Translations under genes and position numbers: made by a program | Source: the human T2T-CHM13v2.0 reference genome, Homo sapiens | Assembly (NCBI RefSeq): GCF_009914755.1 | Contig: NC_060928.1 | DNA length: 64,000 nucleotides | Direction: 5' to 3' (one strand) | Part shown: positions 30,721 to 46,167 of the stretch, piece by piece | How positions within the stretch are numbered: the stretch's first letter is position 1 | Layout: each line of letters begins with the position of its first letter | Notes under the pieces: model-generated | The model's database searches: none | Told to the model about the DNA's origin: nothing | The model's input: the letters and a program-made list of their open reading frames with translations, nothing else

Positions 30721-31376
30721 GAAGAGAAAGAAAACAATGCAATCTCTGTATGAACAAATATCATTAAATACTGTAGCTACTAAAATGCTAAGTAAGTGAA
30801 GACAGCCTGCAAAAGATCTATGAATAAGAAGACGGCAGATACACTTCAACACTGGCAAATGCAAAGTATAAGAAAAGTGCCTAAACTATTCATATAGGGC
30901 CAAAGGCTCTACTTGTTGTATATGATCTATTAGGGGATTCCAGGCCTTGTTGTAAAGTGTTCCCTAATGACATACACCTAAGAAAAACCAACAGAAGATG
31001 AGACCCCATGAAAAGAGGTAGAATTCCTGAAGAAGCATTTTCCTGGTCTGAGTGCACTAGAGAAGTATAGACACAGAATATAGGGAAGAAAAATAAAACA
31101 GCCTTGCAGTCTGGGATGATGTAGAAAAATAAAACTGTATTGATTTTATTTATATACACTCTGCTAGAACTGGATCAGAGCTATTCTCTATAAATAAACA
31201 TCAAGAGAACAGTACTGTCTTAGGGTTTCTTAATAATAGTTAAAATAATAAATAATGACAATGGTGATGATGGCATTAATAGTGGTCAAGGCTTACATGA
31301 TATGCTCTTTGAGTGAGGTATTCTTCTAAAAGTTTTATAAATATTAACTCTTTTAATCCTCACACCAACTACTTGA

Positions 31377-31809
<433 letters not shown>

Positions 31810-32719
31810 CATATCTTCCATAAATTTTTCATAGTCTATGAATTTCATTTCCACTTATTCATTTATTCAATAAGAATTTGACACAATCACACAATGACCA
31901 AGGCAATATTTGGACATTGGGATTAGAGCGGTAAACAAGATAGACTTTATACCAGGCTTTACGGAGCTTAGAATGTATGAAGGCAGGCAGACATGAAACA
32001 AGCAACTTCAAATGTGGCTGGGATCTCTTTTGCTAACATTTATCCACGCTCTTTTCCTCTTGTATTTTTTCATTTCCTCCCCACTCCTGCATCAAGCTCT
32101 TAGACGACCCTTTGCTTAGGGCCTCAGAGGAGGCATGAGGAGGCAGAGTGCAAGACATAACTTGTCTACCAACATTTCTAGCAATGAAAAATACCTAGAA
32201 AGACACTCCACCAAACTAGAAGTGAGGAAAGAGATCTGTAGTCTCTGAGAGCAAAGAGGGACCTAAGCTCTGCTTCCCAGCAGCACTTCCAGGAAAGCAA
32301 CACCACAGAGAAATGGCCATGTGACGTGCCAGATAGACATGTGTGGGCAGCCTTGCAAAGGACTCCCCTGCCTGAAGCACTACACAGAAGTAGCAGAAAG
32401 ATTCCCATGCCCCATAGGTGCAGTCATGACACACTAGGAGACCCTTCTGGCTAGCCACTCTCAAAGGGCAACAATACCTTTCCTTCCTGATACTTCCGCC
32501 TAGATGAATGCTGGAAAAACCCAGAAAATATATTTTCCTTTTCTAAAGACATACTGAATCAACACTTGGTATACAGAGATTAGGTTCTATTTTAGGAACT
32601 CTCCCTTGAGACGTAGACTCTGTTCTTCAACTTGGGCAAGGTCAGGATAAGGGCAATGGCAAAGGGTTATAAGGATTCCTGTGGGAGGTCAGAGTGATGA
32701 GAACAAGAGAGATGAACTA

Positions 32720-33953
<1,234 letters not shown>

Positions 33954-34805
33954 GTTCAAAATTAATGACAAAGAGCTCTTTAGCAGAACTAAAGATTATA
34001 GAAAGAGTGGTAAGTTTTGAATTTAAGGAAATGAATGTGGGTTTGAACAATAAAATGTATTAATTATAGAGAAGTCTAAAAAATGCCCTGTCTCAATATA
34101 TGGCAATCTGCATTATATATTATAATTTATACCAGTTTGTAGTAATTAAAAATAAATCTACTTTTATGATTTCAGTGTTACATATTAATGAGAACTAGTA
34201 TGATCAATTATCTGGTATACATCTTTTAATTAATTGCTTTAATGAATAAATAAGCACATTTATAATTAGAATCTGTTTTGCAAATAAACACAAAAAAAAA
34301 CTGTGAAAATTTTTTCTTTTCATGAAATGAAAAAAATTCTCCAGAAGTCCTGTTTAGAAGGTCAATTTGATTGTCAAACACTGCATAAAAATCTGCTTAA
34401 ACCTCCCTGTGGAAACAAAAATGGTGTAAAAGTGGGCTTGAATTCAGCCCCATCTGAATTTCCTGCAATATGCCTTTGAAATACAAATTTTGAATTGTGG
34501 AGCTCAAATTACAGTTTTTAATTGTCAAAAAGTCTTCTAAGATGGCGCAGTATAAAAATAGCATGCAATACAATAATATTTTGGAACTACATTTCTATAA
34601 AACCCAGGGTGCTCTTCAGTTGAGGTTGCCAGGTCAAGGACTCATCTCAACTTGAATATATCCTATCCATTTTCTGAAAGGAAACAGTCTACATCTGGGA
34701 GAGGAGGCATAGCATGGATCAGGAAAGAAGATCAGTAGCTGACAGAGCACCTGACACTAAAGGGAAAACAGGCATTTCTTCAGCAGCCTGTGAGAAAAAC
34801 TCAAC

Positions 34806-34831
34806 TTTTTTTTTTTTTTTTTTTTTTTTTT
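34806..34831. repeat. poly-T run (~26 nt)
   Basis: Uninterrupted T-run with no adjacent Alu body. Confidence 0.9.
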
Positions 34832-37800
34832 GGCATGTTTCATGCTGGGAGAGAAAGCATAAGTGTCCTGCCATTCTCTGGGAACTCTATTCAGTACTCT
34901 GGTTTAATGAGTATTTGCTAAACATCCTTTGTTTGATATTAGATTGAGTTGACTCTAAAATTCCTTGGGCATGCACCCTTAATGGTAGCCTCTTTCCTAT
35001 TCATGGAAGAAGTAGATGGCTATAATGGATGGAAAATCATCCTGTACTTCCTTGTATACCTCTGAAGTTTAACATCCACCCTAAATAAGGTTTAGCCCAC
35101 AGCAAATGCCTGACAGCCCTCTGGGATAACTGAACTCTTCAAAAGTGACCTTAGCAACAAAAAGGTAATGGATTGCTTGGAACAGTAGAGCAGGGAGTAA
35201 CATTACTTGCAATGGTACTCTTATAGGTACCTTTCTGTACTAGTTCATCTGGTCCTATTCTCCAACATCCTCCTTTAGTTCAAATCCTAATTTTGTAGTT
35301 TTCTCAGGGTTTGTTCAATTACACAAAAGTAAAATAGAGTCTGTTGCTTGAGGACATCCCTGAACTCTGCATGTTTCCCAAAGAGGCTAAAATATTTATT
35401 GCAATTTAGGACGTTTGAACATCCTGTAATTATTTTTATATTTGATGTCATTTGTACATATGGAGTAAACTGAAATGACTATAAGAACTTGGCAGACAAT
35501 ATAAATAAAGAAGCAGGTTTAAGACAAAAGGAAGTGGGGAGACTTGGCTGAATAGAAGAGTGAAGCTGGGGCTGAAAGGAAACAATAACTAATCCCTTGA
35601 TTTTTGCCACAGATGAAAGCAGACCTAGTGTGGCTACATCTTCACCTGCTCCATGAGAAACAAGAAATGAAAGTCTTTTTTTAAGAAAAAATAAATGCTT
35701 CAGATTTTGATGTTTGTTAACAATTCAAATTTAGTTTACACACTTTATATTCCAAATGAAAATACATTTGATAGTAGGATTTGTCTCACAAATCACCAGT
35801 TAAAGATCTCTGATTTAGTGTTTTTGAGTGGTGAAATACAAACAAAACAACTGTAGGACTTTGCCTCATAGCACACTTAGCCCAACTGATAGAACTTTAT
35901 TTTGTTGCATTAGCATTTGAGGAAAGGGTTACTGGTTCTGTATCAATTACACATTGTAATTCAGAACACTGATTCTTAAATCATAAAAATGTCAAAATAT
36001 GATTGTTATACACTATCTCTAGCAGGAATAAGAACAGAAGAAAGTATAATTCCTTTTCGAAAAGGACGTAGCTACTTCCCATAGTGATTAATTCATTTGG
36101 GAGGAGTCCCATGATTTGCTGTTAATGAAAGAGGCTGTTGTAATCTACATGAGAATTATGGTTTCTCTGGGAATGTCAAAACCGAATTTCCTGACTTCTG
36201 TGAAATTAAATCTAAACTTTAGAATGATATAAATATTGAAAAATCATAAAATAAACTTTCTACTTTTTGGTTTTAATTTCCTAGTTGTGGTTGATAATGT
36301 TGTTATTTAACGAAATGCAGTACATTTTTTATATTAAATAGTGTATCACATGCTATCATGTTTATTATATTTAATTCTTAAAAGTGATATTTATTCGCAC
36401 ATATAATTTACTCGAAATAACTACACTGATAATATTCATATTTAACCTCAAAAGTCTTTTATACTTCCAAATCTCAAGTACTTTTATGCTTCCAAATTTA
36501 GATAATAATAAGGCAGACAAAAATGTCAAGAGTAAAGATTAGATTGTCTTCGTTACTGAAAATGAGGGCTCAAAATATGCCTTAGGTGCAATTTTGAATA
36601 GGAACAATTCTTTCTTTATTTAAATGTACTTAATATTCCATTTATCAAAGAAAATTGTCCATATATAATAGAAAAAAAAGATTTTCTCTTTTTATGGTTA
36701 CATGAATTAATTCAAAGTGTAACATGGTCTTTCAACTTAGTAAATTTTAAATGATATATATGCATTATTTGCTGTTAAATAAAAGAGAAAAAAAGGGAAT
36801 GACAATGCTCTGGGTTTGAAACCATAACTAATCAAGACCAAGGAAAAAACTTTCTCTGATATCTTAAAATATCTAAAAGCAATAGCCCAATTTACAAACT
36901 ACAGATGTATGTTATAAATCTTTTTTTTTTTTAAATGGGTCTTCGATTTCAGTACCCATAGCAACAAAGTTTATGTTTTAAAAACCAGGTGGCATCTGGG
37001 ATACCGAGATAAGTGACCAGTTCTACCACCTCATTAACTACAAGTTTTATGACTCACATATGTGGTTAAAAAATTACAAGGTGTATGTCTGTCATGTCAT
37101 TATTAAAATTGAATTGCTTATTTTCACATAAGGGACTGTCAATCATTCTACCTGGGTGATACGGGATTTTAGCAAGTAAGACACATTAAAGAGAGTAAGA
37201 AGTTACTATTTTATAGCTCTGGGATGAAGCTTCATAACATTATAAAGAGTTGAGATTAAGCTTCATAAACTTTAATTGTTCAATTGTCCATGTTTCTTGA
37301 CTTGTGAAATGTTGGGGAAGTTAATGTTGGAAAAGTGGCACAAAACGAATTTGACTAAGAAAAAAAAAGATTTTTCAAGGGAAATGTGAGTCAACTTTTG
37401 TACAAGGCGTAATTATCCAATTTGTGAATTACTAAGGGCCTAATAATTCACAAATTGCAGAGTGGACTTCCCTTCCCCTCTCCTATTCTTTGTAGGATTT
37501 CCTTCTTTATGAATATCTTGATTACAAATAAGGAAGGAAATAAAAAAGGAAGTGAAAGTCAATCCAAGGATTAACACAGAAGAGTAGCATGGAACATTAT
37601 GATCTGTGTCAGGAGCACTTGGGCTCCATGAAGACTGGGAGGAATTTCTAAGGGCAACAAAAAGAGTATATTCCGTTAGATTCAGACAGAGAAGCATAAT
37701 AAAATAATAGATCTATTTTTTCAGTCAACTGACAATAAATGTGAATAGTTGATAGAAGAAAGCAGTAGCAACCAGTTCCTATTTAGCTTCTAATTCTCTG

Positions 37801-38377
37801 TCAAACAGAAAAAAAATATAGTTGTTTGAATTAAACATTGCCACAAATACTGGTGTATTAAATGCCAAGAAAAGTGAAGAGATTACTAATGAAAACTTTG
37901 CAAATATAAATGTGTTTTAGCCAAATAAACAGCTTTCAAAATACTGAGCATTTGCCAAAAAAAAATTATTCAACCATTCGTATCATTTTTTTGGGAACTG
38001 TGAAAAGTGCAAGAAGAAATAGAAGAGAGAAAAAGGTAGCTCTGTGAAGTATATACAGATTGCTAAAATTTGTATTGACCTAAGTTAAGATGAGAATATA
38101 TTATTAAAAGGATTGTTGGTGAAAATTTATAACAGAATACTAATTTTATTTAGTTTTTTAAAAGGGTTATTAGTAGGTGGATGCACTTATGTAACTGGAT
38201 TTCAGCAAGTGGTATGCCGAGGTTTCTTATATTATCCTTAGATTGTATATTGAGAAATCTGAACTGAAAATCAATGACAAGAATGGATTTATAACTGGTT
38301 GAACAATCTACACAGATAATAATACTTAACCAGTCACACAGTTCAGGACCTCAGGACTGATCCGTTTAATACATGTT

Positions 38378-38693
<316 letters not shown>

Positions 38694-38829
38694 TAATGAA
38701 ACAGTCCTCTCAAACTTTGGGTGTGGGAATGATTTTTGTCTCTACATGAATGTCTGTTTCTACATCTATATCTCAAATCTCCAGGAAATGGGAAAGAGGA
38801 AGAAATGTAATGTTTGTTGGATTGCAGAA

Positions 38830-39700
38830 TCAGAATCCAGAGGGGACCTCAACAGGATGGAATGATGAGAGTGGTATACTAACATGGAATAAAAGAAAGT
38901 AACGGTGTGTGAATCCAATAAACAAGTTACATAAATACACAATTGAGGAGCTAATAGTAACAGTAAAAAAAATTTTAGAATTTAAGTCAGTAAATTTATA
39001 CATTAATATATGATATGGCTGCCAATGTTATTTCAAGCTCATCTAATTCCAGACTGTATTAACATAAACAGACACATACACAGGTAGGTTTTATCCCAAA
39101 CACATTTATCCAGGCCCACCTGGATAAATGTGTTTGCTTTCTATACATTATCCTTTAAGGAGGACATAGAAGCATGAATACAGAACCAGGACGGTAAGAG
39201 GGGAAAAACTGTTCACATGAGGACTGGATGAAGAAGATGGGCTTGGAGCAGGAGAAGATGAGATGGGATGTGAGAGGTATTTTAAACAGGCTGAAAACTG
39301 AAGGGAGAGCACAGAGCAGAACCACCACCACCACCACATGGTGTATTCAGTTTAGGCTGGGCCATCACTGTCAAAGAATGTAACCAGTAATGGAAGAGCT
39401 TTAAGGTTCATTTCACCCATGAGCTTCAGTGTTTCTATAAACCACTGAAGGATAGTCATGTGGAAGAATAATTAGTTCAGAAGACAGGACTGAAACTAAA
39501 TGTATAGGAAGTAGAAAACGGTAGATGTTGATTCAAAAGAAGGAACAATAAATATTTGTTGAATGAATGATTGAATTATTTTGTAATCTTAGAACTGTCT
39601 ATGATTAGAATAGTCTGCTTTTTAAAAGAGTGAGTTCCTTGTTACTGAAAATGTTTGAATAAAACTCAGCCTAGGACACCCTGTAGAAGTTTTTAGGTAA
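38830..39700 (+). mobile_element. highly diverged L3/CR1 fragments
   Basis: CR1-like segments cagaggggacctcaacaggatggaatgatg, tgtattcagtttaggctgggccatcac and gtgagttccttgttactgaaaatgttt. Confidence 0.45.
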
Positions 39701-41057
39701 TTAGCTGGCAGGGCCGATTGTCTAAATGGGTGAAGTGGGTTTGTTTTGCAGTTATAAGAAAAGGTTTGATGAGGCAGCAAGTGAATTTCTCTCATCCATA
39801 TTATCTTCCCCCTCATCACTCTTTTAAAATAGGACAACTAACGTTTATCTAGAAAGCCTTTCTGGCACTGTCAAACCATTTTTAATTCTAATAAAAAGCA
39901 AAATGTGACCTCTTATATTACCCAATAGTTTAAAACACTATAAGAAAAAAAATTCAGATGCATTCAACTCTTTCCCATAAAAGGAAATATAATCTACCAT
40001 ATAGGATTCTATTTATGTTGTCTTTTTTATTTTTTAACTTTTGGACGATCTCATTAAATTCTATATTTATTGCACTCAGATCAATTAACTTTCAATTTAT
40101 TTTTATATCAAGGTGGACACAAAGAAAAAAGAATCAAATAATACTGACCCAAATCAGTTCTTCCTCTTAAGATTTGTCAATACAACCATAAGGGGTAACT
40201 CCAAACAATTCATGATCTTGTTCCTCTTTGGTGCCTCAACAGGGCAATTTTGTTAGAAATATTTACAAGGGAAAATGTTCCATTAACCCAACTGCACAAA
40301 GAAAACCCAGAAAATATATATAATAACTTAAAACATGGGTGTTTCTAGAAGTATACGGACTAGTATTATAAATGAAATTATTTGGGTCCAACAATGAAAA
40401 CATATGCAACTAAATATGATATGATTCTAAATATCTATGAACTTTGGCAATGACCTATATAAGATATCTAAGCTAGATCATCTTAGGTAATAAACCAACA
40501 TTTTTTTAAAAAAAACCTCTAGGAAATTCTGAAATTTAGAGTCCCATTTTTCCTTAAAGGAGTGACTCTGAAATTCTCCCCCTCAAAGTCTCCTATGTTT
40601 CTAATTTTAAACATATGCAATTAAAAGACTAAAATTCATCTTTTTAACATTATTTACATGTTACTTAATGATGGTTATTCTATCTACAACTGTGCTAACT
40701 TTCTAAAAATTCTGTTATTCTATAATTTATATTTTAAACAAAAAAATCTTGAAGATAACATAAATTCTGTTGGAATCTTGATGTAAAACTACCAAGTTTA
40801 AACTATACTAATTTTAATCTTTGAGCAGACTGGTATACTAATAAAAATTCTACACTACCACAGACTGAAAACCACAAGTATAAAAATAATTCGATAACTT
40901 TTAAAATAAACAGTATGTAATTATGTTAAAGGCACTATTATAGCCTTTTTTTCTAGAAAGTAAATGATTCATAATTGTTTTGTGATCTATGTGTTTGTAT
41001 ATTTTGATGGACTCTGTCATCATAACATCAAAAGCAAAATCATCTTAATATCTAATC

Positions 41058-41366
41058 CAGGTATTGCAAACTCCAATGCCAACAGAAACTGCATACATAT
41101 TTAAGTAAATGGAACAGGTTGGGTGTCACTGGGGATAATCCAAAATGCATGTCCTACCTAAAGCAGACAGACTCCATTCACCTTCAGCCAACCTTCCTTA
41201 TAAAGGAAGGTAAACTCAATGGTGCCAGCTTTTTAAATTTCTCAAGAGAAATTTTTAAATAAGATTTATATGAAATTGCCCAATATTAGCAACTAATCTG
41301 GGAAAGAAAAATGAAATGTATCTACTACCAAAATCTGGTTCACAGGTTACCAGTTTGCAGCCTCTA
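41058..41366. mobile_element. MER102-like hAT-Charlie element
   Basis: Ends caggtattgcaaact / agtttgcagcctct, with internal ttctcaagagaaa...tatgaaattgcccaatattagcaactaat. Confidence 0.6.
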
Positions 41367-43554
41367 ATCTGCTCCTTTGTGAATTACTAATTTAAAATAT
41401 AGAAGGAAGATTGCACCAAATAGTGAACACATTCCAGTAATAGGAAAAAATAAAGACATTGAATTCCTTTTCCCCACTACAACCAAAGTTGTCAGACCCT
41501 GCCCTAAAAAGAAATTCCATATAAGTTGTGACAGTTTCTCAAACTACAACCCTGTTGGCACATGCCATTACATTTGACACATTCTAAAAATCTTGACTTA
41601 TTGTAACAGTTATATTATACAATTCTGGGTAGATACAATGACTCAAACTTTGCATTCTTCTCTGACACATTTTATTAGAAGTACATGGCTCCAAAGTGGA
41701 AGTAATACCACAGACCAGTATAGAGTTACAGCACTAACATTCAACATTGTACTGGTGACATAGCAAGCTTTCTCCAATTCAATTTTGTTTGACTTTTCTG
41801 CCTAAAAATGTAAAATGAAGGGTGAAGTTGTAAATCTTTACATTAGCTTTCTGAACAAATCCAAAAAGTCTAATAGATCTCCAGATATTCCCCTCTTCCT
41901 GAAACTCCTCAAAATTCATTTCCTTTTATAAAATTTTTGAATAATTGCAAATGACTACTAAAGAAAAGGCTGCAAGACTGAAAAGTGATTTTGTACTGAA
42001 CTTATTTTAAAAGGCAGCAAAAATAGAATGGCTTCATAATGTTGTATTCTAGAGTTTCCTAATATAGAAGATCCTTCAGAAAATTCACTTTGTCAACATA
42101 GAAATAATGTGTTTATCTATGCCAGAAAATGAAATAATGTGTGTAGTGGGGTAAAGCTCTTAACACAAACATAGTAGTTATCCATTTGGCAGAGAAAGAA
42201 AAAGAGATTGTTCAAAGACAACATATTCCTTACTATTCTTTTCATCATCAAAATTATAGTGATTGTCAAATATATTACACATTTTTTAAAAAACGAAGAT
42301 ATACCACCAAAGAAATGTAAAACATTAATAAAAATGGTTAAATTGTAGCTAGTGGCTTTCTACCATATCATGCCTATAAGCCATGTTACCAAAGACAAAA
42401 TACAGTAATTTTTGGTGTTCAAAACATGAGATAAAATTATGCCAGTGGTTTAAAATCTTTTCAATGCTATGTTCTCAAAGCACAGTTCAGTAGGATAAAA
42501 AATGAACTGAGGATAGGGAAGAATCAAGGCTGAAAAATTACAAAGTGCTGCTATAACTTCTGTTAAATTCAAGGACTACGTTACAGCCCCCTTTGTATCT
42601 AGAAGTTTACATTCCTAAAAGGAAGCTTTGGTGCTGGCATTCTAGAACCATCTTCTTCAACCACTACGAAATAGAAAGAAAAGATATATCTAAGAAAAGT
42701 CATCTGTCTCTTGAATTAGTCTCCAAGTTTTCTCTAAAATCGAAGTCAAGGTAAATATTTGCTTTTCAAGATTATCTTGAAAACGTGTGTGGACTCTATT
42801 TGGAAGTCAGAGCCAGTCTTTGATGCGATCATCAAGAACTTCCACTGTGCTTGCTTCCATCTCACTTTGCAAAGAAATATTAAGAATGATTTCCTTGCAT
42901 GTTAAGGTATGCAAGCAGAAACCTCTAGCACTAAATTATTGTTAATTTACATTCTCTTTAATCCTGAAATGCTACACTGAATAGAAAAATACTTTTTAAA
43001 AAACAATTAATTAGAAGATGAGGAGCTTAACAATTTTTGTGCAAAAAGCTAAGGAAGATATATCAAGTTAATCTAAAAAGCTTCATAGATTGCTTTGAAC
43101 ATTCACCTATCTTTTCTTAACAGGAATCAGAGTATAAACAAGAATAGGTTCACATTTGTGCATGTTTAGATCTTGCATATGTGGAGAATCTGTATTTATG
43201 GACAACTCTGCTTCATAAAGACATTATTGGTGAGTGTAATTATGAGTAAGTATTCACACACAGAGATGTGTATATAAAATATACCTAGAGATAGACTAAT
43301 TCCTATCAGTGAGAACTGAAATACGTTCACACACTAGCATATGGAATGAGATACAGTACAATATTTTAAACAACTGGCTATAAAAGGCAAGTGTTTGATA
43401 ATTCTTAATATAAGAAGTAATTCATAAATCTTGCAAAAGGCAATCCAAAACGTATTATTTTGATTGTCTTTTGCAAGATTTGCCACTTAGTTTTCAGTCG
43501 CATATGATTACAGCATATGCAACTTCAAACTAAGGCACATCTCAGAAGGTTCTC

Positions 43555-43647
43555 CTGTTCTGTTCTGTTCTGTTCTGTTCTGTTCTGTTCTGTTCTGTTC
43601 TGTTCTGTTCTGTTCTGTTGTTGTGTTGTGCTGTGTTGTGTTGTGTT
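43555..43647 (+). repeat. compound pentanucleotide microsatellite (CTGTT)n then (GTGTT)n
   Basis: About 13 perfect CTGTT units followed by degenerate GTGTT units. Confidence 0.95.
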
Positions 43648-43941
43648 TGGGCATCACTCCCTCAGTCACTTCCTTCATTCTGTACTTCCTACCTCACCAG
43701 TGGAAGAATTTCCCTTTAGCAGTCCCGGAAATATAACAAAGTGATGGCTTCCTTTCAATGATGACAAGGTCAAGATTTTGGCAAGAAATTTCAAGATTGG
43801 GCCACAATTTTAATAGTCTAGCTAAGTAAATTAAGTCAGCCTCTAAAAATAATAAGCCTGATGAAAGGCCAAAGTAATAAAAATATGTTTGAAAACAACT
43901 GAATGTATTCTTAATTAAAAATTTGATTGTATCTCCCTTAG

Positions 43942-44468
<527 letters not shown>

Positions 44469-46003
44469 CTTAATTCTTAATTATAAGGAATTACTTTAGG
44501 CCTGAAGCTGACTAAAATACCTGTACTGAAAAGAGTATCCTATGTAACCAGTTCTTTGATGGTTTGGAATGCTACACTGGAGGTTTTTGATACTACCTTT
44601 CCATCACTGACTCTTGTCAACCAGATTCGTGCTAAATTCACAAGCTTATAAAGCATGATAAGAATGCCCGGAAGTTCTTGGTATGTGGAACTGTAAAACC
44701 AACAGTATTGTTATTATTATTATTATTACTATTTGTCTATGTTTGTGTTAAATAATTCATTTGTGCTAATAAAACCCACTAGTGATCAATAAAGGTTTCT
44801 CTCAATATCAACATTTTTCAAGCAAAGTTTAACTGGCTTCTAAGAGATGAAAAGCAAACCTTCCTCACTCCCCCAAAGTCACTGTAGAATTACATTTGAA
44901 GTAGGGCCTTGCAACTGACATCCTTTTCCTACAAAGCCAGTCTTGTTTGCCAATTGTGATTTACAGGCTGTGTCTGCTACAGGGGGCTGCTGGACACATT
45001 AGTGCAGGTATGCTTATGAAAGGATGCTGCTGTCTGGCATTAAATGACTTTCCAGAGACCCATCTTGTTCAGACCTACAGGAACTGTTCTCCCTGAACAT
45101 CATCTGTCAATGCATAAGCCATTATTCCACCCATTCTGAAGGGAAGAATCAAAAATATAATCCTGCCCTCCAGTCCCTTCTGTAAATCGTGATGCACCAT
45201 TAAAATCTGCTGTTTTATGCTTTCTTGACTTCTATTTGGTTAATTCACTTCAAATATTTCCAGTTGCAACTATAATTCTATATTAGGGAGTGATACAAAA
45301 ATAATGGTGGTAATAATGTTCAATTTTGTTAGTGTAAATTGTTTATAAATTGCTGTATTTTCTATCCACAATATGTTCATTATTCATGGGTATTACCAGC
45401 TAAAGTATAAACTGGATTTTTTTTGTCCATTTCAAATACAGGTTTTAGTATATTTACTAAAAGCCTTACATTCTCTATATAATATTGAAAGTCATCAACC
45501 CCAAATCGACCTTCACATTTTAGCATATGCTTCCATTGTAGGCGTTAGTGCAACTCATAGCTCTACATTACATGAATTAATAAATCTAAAAATCTTATAT
45601 TTGGATTCAAGTAAAAAAGCTTGCTTAAATATAAGACAAAGAATAAAACCTTCTGTATAGTTTCATGTTTGAGAGAGGATTATTAATATATTACTTATCA
45701 AGGAAGTCTTTAAATTATGTAACCAATATTTTATAAAAAGCAGCACTTGTAAAAATCCCAACAAAAGAAATATAAATGGAATAATATTAAATATATACAT
45801 ATACAAATATATTCTCTTTCGATTAAAATATGTCATTCTACTTAATTTCAAGAAAAATGTGAAATAGTGCCCCTAAGCCTGAAAAGATAAGGCATACATC
45901 CAGGGATATATGTCACATGAAAAAGTAAGAATAATATTGCAGTTTACATGAACAATAAGCAGAAAAGTGTGGACAAATGAAATCTCTTTACTCCATAAAA
46001 TGG

Positions 46004-46167
46004 AAATAATTATTTACATATCATATGTAAATAATATCATAATTAAATAATGTGAATAATTTAATTAAATAATGTGAATATTAAATTAAATTAATAAATT
46101 AATAAATAGTAAATAAGAAAATTAATTAAAATAAATAATGTAAATAATCAAATAATTATTTACATAT
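46004..46167. repeat. AT-rich low-complexity block bounded by 18-bp direct repeats
   Basis: AAATAATTATTTACATAT at 46004-46021 and 46150-46167. Confidence 0.8.

Noticed and set aside
34806-34920. Poly-T as the tail of a processed pseudogene
   Set aside because: I found no TSD, no polyadenylation signal and no recognisable mRNA body next to it.
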